From the NCBI GenBank assembly GCA_036403155.1, contig DASWRM010000042.1:49463-113462 (forward strand): a stretch of DNA of 64,000 nt. The letters run 5' to 3'. The stretch is from Gaiellales bacterium. GTDB taxonomy: Bacteria; Actinomycetota; Thermoleophilia; Gaiellales; JAICJC01. The notes under the pieces are model-generated. The model saw nothing but the letters and a program-made list of their open reading frames with translations, made no database searches and had not been told where the DNA came from. Position numbers and translations under genes: made by a program. Shown here piece after piece: positions 19,617 through 29,248 of the stretch (the stretch's first letter is position 1; the number at the start of each line of letters is the position of its first letter).

Positions 19617-20735
19617 GTGGCGAAACGGGACTACTACGAGGTGCTGGGCGTCGGCCGGGACGCCGCCGAGGCGGACGTCAAGAAGGCGTTTCGGAGGCTG
19701 GCGCGCGAACTGCACCCCGACGTCAACCCCGACGACCCGGAGGCGGCCGAGCGCTTCCGCGAGGCGGCCGAGGCCTATGAGGTGCTGTCCGACGCCCAGA
19801 CGCGCGCTCGCTACGACCGGTTCGGGCATGCCGGCGTTGACGGCGCCTCCCTGCACACCGACCAGTTCATGGATTTCGGCTCGCTCTCCGACCTGCTCGG
19901 CGCCTTCTTCGGCGACGACCTGTTCGGCGGAGCGATGCGGCGCGGGCCGCAGCGGGGCGCGGACGTCGCGGTGGCCGTGACGCTGGAGCTGGCCGAGGCG
20001 GCGTTCGGCGCGCAGCGCGAGCTCGAGGTCGAGGTGGTCGGCAGCTGCGAGCGCTGCGGCGGGAACGGGGCGGAGCCGGGCACCCAGCCGGAACGCTGCG
20101 AGACGTGTGCCGGCCAGGGGCGCGTCCAGCGCGTCCAGCAGACGGCGCTGGGACAGTTCGTCCAGACCTCGTCGTGTCCGACCTGCTCCGGCCGCGGCGT
20201 CACCATCTCGACGCCCTGCACGACGTGCCGCGGCCGCGGCCGCGTGCCGGAGACGCGCACGGTCACCGTGGACATCCCGGCCGGCATCATGGACGGCCAG
20301 CGGATGCAGCTGCGGGGCCGCGGCCACGAGGGCGAGCCGGGCGGCGCGCCCGGAGACCTGTACGTGGCCGTGCGGGTGGCGCCCGATCCTCGCTTCGAGC
20401 GCGACGGCAACGACATCGTCGCCGTCCTCAACGTCCCGTTCACGCGCGCCGCGCTGGGCACCACCATGACCGTCGAGACGCTCGACGGCGACCAGGAGGT
20501 CGAACTGCGTCCCGGCACCCAGCCGGGAGACGTCCTGGTGCTGCGCGGCAAGGGCGTGCCGGTGCTGAACGGCCGCGGCCGCGGCGACCACCGGCTGCTC
20601 GTCAACGTGATGCTGCCCCAGCGCCTGACCGACGAGCAACGGCGGCTGCTGACCGAGTTCGAGGCGGCCGTGACCGATGAGACGTACCGCCCGGACGAGT
20701 CGTTCTTCGGCCGTATCCGCTCGGCGTTCTCGTGA
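19617..20735 (+). CDS. dnaJ: Chaperone DnaJ
   Basis: GTG start gives VAKRDYYEVLGV.., a J-domain with HPD (ELHPDVNPDD). Four zinc-finger repeats CERCGGNG, CETCAGQG, CPTCSGRG, CTTCRGRG. TACACT (19604-19609) lies 7 nt before the GTG. Confidence 0.93.
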   Translation: MAKRDYYEVLGVGRDAAEADVKKAFRRLARELHPDVNPDDPEAAERFREAAEAYEVLSDAQTRARYDRFGHAGVDGASLHTDQFMDFGSLSDLLGAFFGDDLFGGAMRRGPQRGADVAVAVTLELAEAAFGAQRELEVEVVGSCERCGGNGAEPGTQPERCETCAGQGRVQRVQQTALGQFVQTSSCPTCSGRGVTISTPCTTCRGRGRVPETRTVTVDIPAGIMDGQRMQLRGRGHEGEPGGAPGDLYVAVRVAPDPRFERDGNDIVAVLNVPFTRAALGTTMTVETLDGDQEVELRPGTQPGDVLVLRGKGVPVLNGRGRGDHRLLVNVMLPQRLTDEQRRLLTEFEAAVTDETYRPDESFFGRIRSAFS

Positions 20736-21445
20736 TGCGGCGGTGCAGCATGCGCGTCCCGGCCGCCGAGGCCGACGTCGCGCTGCTGCGGATGCTCGAG
20801 TGGTTTCCCAGCGGAGTGGAGGAGGCGCGCGAGGGCGACGACGTCATCCTGTCCGGCTACGCCGAGCGGTCGCCGGATCCGAGCCTCGCCGAGGAGCCCG
20901 TCGCCGCCGGATGGGAGGATGCCTGGCGCGAGCATCACCGGCCGGTGCGCGTGGGGCGGCTCTGGGTCGGCCCGCCGTGGTTCGATCCCGAGCCGGTCGC
21001 GATCGTGATCGACCCCGGGCGCGCCTTCGGCACCGGCGCGCACGGCTCCACCAGGGCCGCCCTCTCGCTGCTCCAGGAGCTGGATCCGACTCCGGCGCTT
21101 GACCTCGGCTGCGGTTCGGGCGTCCTCTCGATCGCGGCGCTGAAGCTCGGCTTCGGCCCGTTGCGGGCGTTCGACATCGATCCGCTCGCCGTGGCCGCCA
21201 CGGCCGAGAACGCGGTGCGCAACGGCGTCGAGGTCCCGGCCGAGCGGCGCGACGTGCTGACCGGCCCGCTGCCCCCGGCGCCGCTGTGGCTGGCCAACCT
21301 CGAGCTGCACCTGCTCGAGCCGCTGCTGCGCCGACCAGATCGCCCGCCGCTGATCCTGGCGTCCGGCCTGCTCGAGAGCCAGCGCCTGGGCGAGGGGCCT
21401 CGCCGCGTGGTCGACGGGTGGGCCGCCGAGCTGGTCGAGCGGTGA
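20732..21445 (+). CDS. prmA: Ribosomal protein L11 methyltransferase
   Basis: ..GTGAHGSTRAAL.., SAM motif LDLGCGSGVLSIAALKLG. Follows dnaJ as in Firmicutes. Start is GTG 20732 or ATG 20735. Confidence 0.85.
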   Translation: MMRRCSMRVPAAEADVALLRMLEWFPSGVEEAREGDDVILSGYAERSPDPSLAEEPVAAGWEDAWREHHRPVRVGRLWVGPPWFDPEPVAIVIDPGRAFGTGAHGSTRAALSLLQELDPTPALDLGCGSGVLSIAALKLGFGPLRAFDIDPLAVAATAENAVRNGVEVPAERRDVLTGPLPPAPLWLANLELHLLEPLLRRPDRPPLILASGLLESQRLGEGPRRVVDGWAAELVER

Positions 21446-22125
21446 CACACGTCTACCGGTTCTTCGCGCGCGACGTCCGCGACGGCGTGGCCGTCCTCTC
21501 CCAGGGCGACCACCACCACCTCGAACACGTCCTGCGCCTGCGGGTGGGCGATACTTGCGAGGTCGTGTGGCGCGACACCGTGCACCGCGCGCGGGTCACG
21601 CCCGAGGGATGCGAGCTGCTCGAGGAGGTCGATGAGGTGGCGAGGGCGCCGTCGGTGACCGTGTGGATCGCCCAGCCGGGCGCGCGCTCGGACGAGGCGG
21701 TCGAGAAGCTGACCGAGTTGGGGGTGACCGCGGTCGGCGCGCTCGAGAGCGAGCTGCTCAAGAGCCGGTTCAGCGCGTCGCGGCTCGAGCGGTGGGGCCG
21801 GGTCGCCGAGTCGGCCGCGAAGCAGTCCAAGCGCGCGCGGCTTCCCGACCTGCTCGGGCCGGCCACCTATGCGGACGTGCTGAGCCGTGAGGCGGTCGTC
21901 CTCAGCAACACGGGGGCGTCGGGCGGGCTCGCCGACCGTATCGTCGGGCGGCGCTCCGCCACCTTGCTGATCGGCCCGGAGCCGGGGTTCTCCGACGCCG
22001 AACTGGATCTGGCGCGCTCGCGCGGCGTCGCCGTCGCGACCTTCGGCCCCGTGGTGCTCCGCACCGAGACGGCGGCCATCGTGGCCGCGGCGCTCGCCCT
22101 GCGCGAGATGGGGTTCCTGGGATGA
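21442..22125 (+). CDS. rsmE: 16S rRNA (uracil1498-N3)-methyltransferase RsmE
   Basis: GTGA overlap with prmA. VTHVYRFFA.. N-terminus and ..LIGPEPGFSDAEL..VLRTETAAI.. C-terminal SPOUT block. Confidence 0.85.
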   Translation: MTHVYRFFARDVRDGVAVLSQGDHHHLEHVLRLRVGDTCEVVWRDTVHRARVTPEGCELLEEVDEVARAPSVTVWIAQPGARSDEAVEKLTELGVTAVGALESELLKSRFSASRLERWGRVAESAAKQSKRARLPDLLGPATYADVLSREAVVLSNTGASGGLADRIVGRRSATLLIGPEPGFSDAELDLARSRGVAVATFGPVVLRTETAAIVAAALALREMGFLG

Positions 22126-23342
22126 CGTCGTTCGCGTCGGAGTTCCTCGGCTGCAAGGTCTCGATGACCGACGCTCACCAGGTACGCGAGCGCCTTGCCC
22201 TGGACGGGCACCGCGAGGTCGACGGCGTGGATGCCGCCGTGCGCGTGATCAACACGTGCTGCGTCACCGCGGAAGCGGTGGCGAAGTCGCGGAAGGCCGC
22301 CCGCCGTGCGTCGCGCTCCGCCGAGCACGTGATCGTGACCGGCTGCGCCGCGGCGCTGGACGGGGCGTTCGACGGGCTGCCGCCCAACGTCACCGTGCTC
22401 CGGCGTCCGTCGGAACTGCTGGCCGAGGCGGTCTCGGCCACCGTCGGGCCGCTCGCCTGCACCGGCGCGGCCGAGTCGCGGTTCGCGCGCACCCGCGCCT
22501 ACCTGAAGATCCAGGACGGCTGCTCGTTCACCTGCAGCTACTGCGTGATCCCGCAGGTGCGCGGCGCCAGCCGCAGCCGTTCGGCGGCTGCGGTCGTCGC
22601 CGAGGCGGCGAGGAGAGCGGGGCAGGGCCATCGCGAGCTGGTGCTGACCGGTGTGAACCTCGGCTGCTTTCGCGACCGGTCGGCCGGCGTCGACCTGGCG
22701 GCTCTGCTTGCGGACGTGGCGGGCATCGAGGGCGTCGACCGCGTGCGGCTCTCGTCGATCGAGGTCAACCATCTGAGCGACCGGCTCCTGCAGGCGGTCG
22801 CCGGTACGCCCGGCGTCGCACCGCACCTCCACGTGCCGATGCAGAGCGGCTCGGACGCGGTGCTGCGCGCGATGCGGCGCCGGTACACCTCCGCGCGGTT
22901 CCTCGAGCGGATGCGCCGGGCGCGGACGCTCGTCCCCGACGTCAACCTGACCACCGACGTGATCGTCGGCCACCCGTCCGAGGGGCCGGACGACTTCGGA
23001 GCCACGCTGGCGGCCGTCCGCGACGCCGGGTTCACGAAGGTGCATGTGTTCCCGTACTCGCCGCGGCCGGGCACCCCGGACGCCGCCGAGGATCCGGTCG
23101 AGCCGGCCGAGAAGCGCCGCCGCTCGCTCGAGCTCCGCCGCCTGTCCGATGCCCAGGGCGCCGCCCACCGGGCTGGGAAGGTCGGCCGGCGTGACCTGGT
23201 GCTGGTCGAGGGGCATGACGGCCGCGGCTACGGCGGCGACTACACGCCGTTCATCGTCCCGGGCGCGCCGGCCGGCGAGGTGGTGCCGGTGATCGGGGTC
23301 GATGCGGGCGACGACGCGGTGATCGCTACGCTGTGCGCGTGA
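22122..23342 (+). CDS. mtaB: Radical SAM methylthiotransferase, MtaB-like
   Basis: UPF0004 N-domain, radical-SAM CSFTCSYC, TRAM-like C-terminus. Its position after rsmE equals B. subtilis yqeV (MtaB). MiaB/RimO cannot be excluded without a search. Confidence 0.75.
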   Translation: MTSFASEFLGCKVSMTDAHQVRERLALDGHREVDGVDAAVRVINTCCVTAEAVAKSRKAARRASRSAEHVIVTGCAAALDGAFDGLPPNVTVLRRPSELLAEAVSATVGPLACTGAAESRFARTRAYLKIQDGCSFTCSYCVIPQVRGASRSRSAAAVVAEAARRAGQGHRELVLTGVNLGCFRDRSAGVDLAALLADVAGIEGVDRVRLSSIEVNHLSDRLLQAVAGTPGVAPHLHVPMQSGSDAVLRAMRRRYTSARFLERMRRARTLVPDVNLTTDVIVGHPSEGPDDFGATLAAVRDAGFTKVHVFPYSPRPGTPDAAEDPVEPAEKRRRSLELRRLSDAQGAAHRAGKVGRRDLVLVEGHDGRGYGGDYTPFIVPGAPAGEVVPVIGVDAGDDAVIATLCA

Positions 23343-23782
23343 CGCTGACCGAACGCGTGCAGGCGTCGCTCCGCGACGCGATGAAGAGCGGGCAGAGGCA
23401 ACGGCTCGAGGCCCTTCGGCTGCTGTACTCCGCGCTCCAGAAGGCCGAGAAGGATGCGGCGGAGTTCGGTGACGAGCAGGCGATGGCCGTGCTGCGACGC
23501 GAGCGCAAGCAGCGCGTCGAGGCGGCCGAGGCATACGAGGCCGCGGGGCATGCCGAGCGCGCCGGGCACGAGCGTGCCGACATCCCCGTCATCGACGAGT
23601 TCCTCCCGGCCGCGATGAGCGAGGCCGAGCTGACGCAGCTGGTCGACGCGGCGATCGCCGAGACCGGCGCCTCCTCGATGAAGGACATGGGCAAGGTCAT
23701 GGGCCTGGTCACCCAGCGCGGGAAGGGCCGCGCCGACGGGCGTACGGCGTCCGCTCTCGTCCGAACGCGGCTCGGCGCGTAG
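23333..23782 (+). CDS. GatB/YqeY domain protein
   Basis: ..LTERVQASLRDAMKSGQRQRLEALRLLYSALQKAEKD.. and ..MKDMGKVMGLV.. are typical of YqeY. Confidence 0.85.
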   Translation: MRVTLTERVQASLRDAMKSGQRQRLEALRLLYSALQKAEKDAAEFGDEQAMAVLRRERKQRVEAAEAYEAAGHAERAGHERADIPVIDEFLPAAMSEAELTQLVDAAIAETGASSMKDMGKVMGLVTQRGKGRADGRTASALVRTRLGA

Positions 23783-23830
23783 ACTGAACCTGATGGCGCA
23801 ACATCACAGCGAGGACGGCCGGCAGACCTG

Positions 23831-24795
<965 letters not shown>

Positions 24796-24799
<4 letters not shown>

Positions 24800-25224
24800 C
24801 GCTGGCGGTGGAGGTCGAGAACCACACGGCGTGGCGGATCGACGAGCCTGCCGTGGCCGAAGCGGTGCGCTCGACGCTGGCGGCCGAGGGCGTCGACGCC
24901 GGCGACGTCGGCGTGATCTTCGTCGACGAGCTCCGCATCGCCGAGCTGAACGGCATCTACCGCGGCAAGCCGGCGCCGACCGACGTGCTGTCGTTCCCGG
25001 TGGACGGGGATGCCGACCTGCCGCCCGGCCTGCCCCGACAGCTGGGCGACCTCGTGGTGTGCCCGTCGGTCGCGACGGCCGAGGGCACGCCGATCGCGAC
25101 GCTGCTCGTCCACGGAGCGCTGCACCTCGTGGGCTACGACCACGAGACGGACGACGGCCGGATGCTCGAGCGGCAGGAGCAACTCGTGCAGGAGGTCGAG
25201 CCGGTTGTCGCCGATCCTTCGTAG
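24796..25224 (+). CDS. ybeY: rRNA maturation endoribonuclease YbeY
   Basis: Zinc motif [15 protein letters not shown] overlap with phoH. Confidence 0.92.
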
Positions 25225-25990
25225 CCGCGAAGACGTCGTCAAGCACACGCGCCGCGCCGGCCCGTTCCGTGTGGCTCGGCAGGAGGCGGCCGGACTCGTC
25301 ACCAGCTTCAACTACGCCTTCGAGGGAATCATCTACGTCGTCCGCACCCAGCGGAACATGCGCGTGCACTTCGCCGGGGCGCTGCTGGTGCTGCCGCTCG
25401 GCGTCGCCCTCGGGGTGACGCGGTTCGAGCTGCTCGCGCTGCTGCTCTCGGTGTCCTTCGTGCTGATCGCCGAGATGCTGAACACCGCGCTCGAGAAGGC
25501 GATCGACGTGGCCACCAACTCGTTTGACCCGCTCGCCCGGACGGCGAAGGACGTCGCCGCCGGGGCGGTGCTCGTCGCCGCCGTCAACGCGACGTTCGTC
25601 GGCTACCTCGTGTTCGCGGAGCGCCTGCGGGACCCCAGCCGTCGCGCCATCGACTCGGTCAAGGGGTCGCCCGTCCACCTCTCGGTGATCGCCCTGGCGG
25701 TGGTGATCATGCTGGTGATAGCGCTGAAGGCGTTCACCAACCGGGGAACGCCGCTCCGCGGCGGGCTGCCGTCCGGGCACGCAGCCGTCGCGTACGGCGG
25801 CTGGGTGGCGATCACGTTCGCCGTCGCCGACTTCCGGCACGCGGTGCTCGTCTCGACGCTGGTGTTCGTGATGGCGACACTGGTGGCGCAGACGCGCGTG
25901 GAGGCCGGCGTGCACAGCACGACGGAGGTCGTGCTGGGCGGCCTGCTCGGCGCCACGGTGACGGCGGCGGTGTTCCAGGTCTTCAGCTGA
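25205..25990 (+). CDS. dgkA: DgkA-type lipid kinase fused to a PAP2-like phosphatase domain
   Basis: N-half ..[37 protein letters not shown].. (DgkA). C-half ..PSGH.. and [12 protein letters not shown] (PAP2 motifs C2/C3, with a degenerate [10 protein letters not shown]1). Start uncertain (TTG 25205 or a downstream GTG near 25270). Confidence 0.75.
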   Translation: MSPILRSREDVVKHTRRAGPFRVARQEAAGLVTSFNYAFEGIIYVVRTQRNMRVHFAGALLVLPLGVALGVTRFELLALLLSVSFVLIAEMLNTALEKAIDVATNSFDPLARTAKDVAAGAVLVAAVNATFVGYLVFAERLRDPSRRAIDSVKGSPVHLSVIALAVVIMLVIALKAFTNRGTPLRGGLPSGHAAVAYGGWVAITFAVADFRHAVLVSTLVFVMATLVAQTRVEAGVHSTTEVVLGGLLGATVTAAVFQVFS

Positions 25991-26002
25991 CCCGCCGAAC
26001 GT

Positions 26003-26040
26003 GTGACGCTTTCGTGACGCGGCGGGGCTAGTTCCGTCAC
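26003..26040. repeat. GTGACGC-N4-GTGACGC doublet plus inverted GTCAC upstream of the kinase-like gene
   Basis: GTGAC at 26003 and 26014 (11-nt phase, as at 5114/5125). GTCAC at 26036. TAGCCT -10 (26052-26057) lies 6 nt before ATG 26064. Confidence 0.5.
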
Positions 26041-26063
26041 GGCGAGCTCCCTAGCCTTCGTGC

Positions 26064-27185
26064 ATGCCCGCGTCCGCCACCTCCACCGCACTCGTGATCG
26101 CCGGCCGCTACCTCGCGAGCCCGGCGGCCCTGCGCACGCGCCCCGAGGGGCCGATCGAGGCGCTGGACACGCGCTCGGGCCGAACCGCGCAGGTGCGGAT
26201 CGTCTTCGCGAGCGACGGATGGGAGGACGAGGCGTTCACCGAGGCCGTGTCGCGCTGGTGCGCGCTCGCGTGCTCGGAGATCTGCGGCGTGCTCGACTTC
26301 GGGGAGCACGAAGGCCGCCGGTTCCTGGTGGTGCCGCCCTCGCTCGGGATGACCGTCGAGCGATGGCAGGCGACCCGCCGCCCCGGGGCGGCCGATGCCG
26401 CAGCGCTGACGCTCGCCTTCGGCCGTCTCGCCGAGCGGATCGCGGCGGCGGGCTTCCCGGTCGACGCGTGCGACCTCGCCGACTGCGCGGTCGGCCCCGG
26501 GCCGACGCCGTTCATCGAGCGGCCGCTGCTCGGCTCGCCGCTCGTCAACGACGTGCTGGTGGGCCCCAGGGACGGCCAGCGAACGCTCGCATCCGTGCTT
26601 CGGGCCGCCGGGTCGGGGCCGCTGCCGGAGCCGCTGGCAGCCTGGTTGGAGCGGGCGGAACGGGCCGGATTCGCCTCCCTCGCCGAGTGCCTCGACGATC
26701 TCGAGCGCTGCGGGAACGACGTCCGCAGCAGCGATCCGACAGGCGACCTGCTCGGGCTCGACGGGCTGTTCGACGAGGACGACGAGGCGTTCGAGGCCCG
26801 GTTCCTGAGCCCCGAGCCGCGCCGCTGGCCGCGACGAGTGCTGGGCGGCGCCGGCGCTCTCGCGCTCGCGGTGCTCGCGTTCGCCGCGCTCGGCCACCGT
26901 CAACCGGGAGCCCTGGACGCTGCCGTTCGGCCCGCCGCCCCCCGGCCGGTCGCTGTCGCGGAGGCGCCGCCACATGCCGACGCGAAACCCCGCCGGCACC
27001 ACGCCCACCGCCGCCCGCATCCGCACGCCCGCCGGACGCAGCGTCCCTCTCACCGCCACGCGACGCGCCCGGACACCCCGCCACCTCCGCCGTCCCCGCC
27101 GGCCGCGACGCCGACCCGCGCGAGCAGCGGGAGCGGCACCGCGCTGCCCGATCCGGGCTCGGTCGCCACGCTGCCGCCCCCCTGA
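26064..27185 (+). CDS. Membrane-anchored protein with degenerate Ser/Thr-kinase-like N-domain and His/Arg/Pro-rich tail
   Basis: The N-domain follows the kinase layout (IAGRY.., ..AQVRIVF.., ..RRFLVVPP..) but lacks the VAIK Lys and HRD/DFG motifs. One TM helix (VLGGAGALALAVLAFAALG). Tail HADAKPRRHHAHRRPHPHARR..PPPPPSPP. GC3-rich codons. The antisense ORF is nonsense. Confidence 0.55.
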   Translation: MPASATSTALVIAGRYLASPAALRTRPEGPIEALDTRSGRTAQVRIVFASDGWEDEAFTEAVSRWCALACSEICGVLDFGEHEGRRFLVVPPSLGMTVERWQATRRPGAADAAALTLAFGRLAERIAAAGFPVDACDLADCAVGPGPTPFIERPLLGSPLVNDVLVGPRDGQRTLASVLRAAGSGPLPEPLAAWLERAERAGFASLAECLDDLERCGNDVRSSDPTGDLLGLDGLFDEDDEAFEARFLSPEPRRWPRRVLGGAGALALAVLAFAALGHRQPGALDAAVRPAAPRPVAVAEAPPHADAKPRRHHAHRRPHPHARRTQRPSHRHATRPDTPPPPPSPPAATPTRASSGSGTALPDPGSVATLPPP

Positions 27186-27250
27186 CCCGCCTGCGCGCGA
27201 ACGTCGTCGACGCCGCGGTCGAGCGGAATCGATCATCTACGCTTGGCGCA

Positions 27251-27637
27251 GTGGCATTGTCTCAGTCGGACACGGAGCTGTACGAGCGGGCGCGCACCGC
27301 GGCGGCGAACGCCCATGCACCGTACTCCGACTTCCCGGTGGGCGCCGCCCTGCGGACGGTCGACGGCGCCGTGCTGACGGGCGTCAACGTCGAGAACGGT
27401 TCGTACGGGCTGACCAGCTGCGCGGAGCGAAACGCCGTTTTCACGGCCGTGGGGGCCGGGCACCGAGCGTTCGACGCGATCGCGGTGCACGCCGATGCCG
27501 GCTCGTCGCCGCCGTGCGGCGCATGCCGGCAGGTGCTCGCCGAGTTCGCGCCGGAGATCCGCGTGATCTGGCGACGTGAGGGCGAGGTGGTCGTGTCGTC
27601 GCTGGCGGCGCTGCTGCCGGAGCGCTTCGTGCTTTGA
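27251..27637 (+). CDS. cdd: Cytidine deaminase
   Basis: C-terminal 128 aa of track ORF 26060..27637. Zinc motifs CAERNA and PCGACRQ. GTG 27251 lies 7 nt after TACGCT (27238-27243). Confidence 0.9.
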   Translation: MALSQSDTELYERARTAAANAHAPYSDFPVGAALRTVDGAVLTGVNVENGSYGLTSCAERNAVFTAVGAGHRAFDAIAVHADAGSSPPCGACRQVLAEFAPEIRVIWRREGEVVVSSLAALLPERFVL

Positions 27638-28530
27638 GCGACCCGGCGCCGTATCGCTCCGGCCTCGTTGCGCTGGCCGGCCGGCCGAACTCGGGCAAGT
27701 CGACGCTGGTCAACCGCCTCGTCGGCGAGCACGTGGTGGCGGTGTCGTCGCGGCCGCAGACGACGAGACGGCGGACGCTCGGCGCCGTGCGCGGGGACGG
27801 CTGGCAGATGGTGCTGGTCGACCTGCCCGGCGTGCAGAAGCCGTTCGACCGGCTCACGGAGCGGATGCAGCGGTCGGTCGAGGAGACGGTGGCGGACGCG
27901 GACGCCGTGGTGCTCATGCTGAACGGGCCGGACGGCGTGGGCCTCGGCGACCGGCACATCGCGTCCGGTGTGCTGCGCCCGGGTGCGCCGCCGTGCGTGA
28001 TCGCGATCAACAAGGTCGACATCATGCGGCCGGCCGGGATCGCCGAGACGATCGCCGCGGCCGCAGAGCTTGGTGACTTCCACGCGATCCATCCGATCAG
28101 CGCGCGCGCCGGGACCGGAGTCCAGGAGCTGGCCGCGGACCTCGCCGCGCTGATGCCCGAGGGCCCCGCGTACTTCCCGGAGGGCATCAGCACCGACCAG
28201 ACGGCCGAGCAGCGGATCGCCGAGTCGATCCGCGAGGTGGCGCTCCAGGCGCTGCGGCAGGAGGTTCCCCACGCCGTCGCGGTGCTGGTCGACGAGATCA
28301 CGCAGGGCCGGCGCGGCGTGACGGTCGTGCAGGCGACGATCATCTGCGAGAGCCAGTCGCAGAAGCGAATCCTGGTGGGCGCGAACGGTGCGATGGTCCG
28401 GTCGATCGGGACGGGCGCGCGGCCGGTCGTCGAGGAGATCCTGAGCAGTCACGTCTTCCTCGATCTGACGGTGAAGGTGCGGCCACGGTGGCGGCGCGAC
28501 GAGGCGGAGCTGGACCGGCTCGGGATCTGA
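27634..28530 (+). CDS. era: GTPase Era
   Basis: G1 GRPNSGKST, G3 DLPG, G4 NKVD, C-terminal KH domain. TTG start overlapping the cdd stop (TTGA). Confidence 0.93.
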   Translation: MSDPAPYRSGLVALAGRPNSGKSTLVNRLVGEHVVAVSSRPQTTRRRTLGAVRGDGWQMVLVDLPGVQKPFDRLTERMQRSVEETVADADAVVLMLNGPDGVGLGDRHIASGVLRPGAPPCVIAINKVDIMRPAGIAETIAAAAELGDFHAIHPISARAGTGVQELAADLAALMPEGPAYFPEGISTDQTAEQRIAESIREVALQALRQEVPHAVAVLVDEITQGRRGVTVVQATIICESQSQKRILVGANGAMVRSIGTGARPVVEEILSSHVFLDLTVKVRPRWRRDEAELDRLGI

Positions 28531-28543
28531 GCAGCCGCGGTCG

Positions 28544-29248
28544 ATGGACTACACTGACACGCGGATGCCTCCGTCGTCAGCCGAGCAACTGGCACGCGCC
28601 ATCGACCACACGCTGCTCGACCCGGGTGCCGGCAAGGATACGGTCAGATCGCTCTGCAGGGAGGCTGCCGAACGGCGGTTCGCGGCGGTCTGCGTATATC
28701 CGTGGTGGGTGCCAATGGCGCGCGCCGAGCTGGACGGCGCTGCGGCCGTGTGCACGGTCGTGGCCTTGCACGGGCTCGACTCGACCCGCGCCAAGTGTGG
28801 CGCCGCGCGGGCGGCGATCGCCGGCGGGGCCGACGAGGTGGACGTGGTGCTCGCGTATGCCGCGCTGCGCGGCGGTGACGCCGCCGCCGCCGGGCGTGAC
28901 ATCGCCGAGGTGGTCGCGGCCGCCCGCGCTGAGCGAGGCGATGCCGTCGTCAGGGTGATCGTCGAGGCGGGCGAGCTGACGGCGGACCAGCTGGCGGCAG
29001 CGTGCCGGCTCGTGGCCGAGAGCGGCGCCGACTTCGCCAAGACGTCGACCGGCACCCGCGGCGGAGCAACGGTCGAGGCGGTGTCGTTCATGCGCAGGGC
29101 GCTGCCCGGGGAGGTGGCCGTCAAGGCGTCCGGCGGCATCCGCACGCTGGCCGCGGCGCAGGCGCTGCTCGCGGCCGGCGCGACGCGGCTCGGGACGAGC
29201 AGCGGCGTGGGCATCCTCGACGAGCTGGAGGCGCATGCCGTCGCTTGA
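28544..29248 (+). CDS. deoC: Deoxyribose-phosphate aldolase
   Basis: ..IDHTLLDP.., ..FAKTSTGT.. (Schiff-base Lys), ..VKASGGIRT... An alternative leaderless start is ATG 28565 (TACACT 9 nt upstream). Confidence 0.88.
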   Translation: MDYTDTRMPPSSAEQLARAIDHTLLDPGAGKDTVRSLCREAAERRFAAVCVYPWWVPMARAELDGAAAVCTVVALHGLDSTRAKCGAARAAIAGGADEVDVVLAYAALRGGDAAAAGRDIAEVVAAARAERGDAVVRVIVEAGELTADQLAAACRLVAESGADFAKTSTGTRGGATVEAVSFMRRALPGEVAVKASGGIRTLAAAQALLAAGATRLGTSSGVGILDELEAHAVA

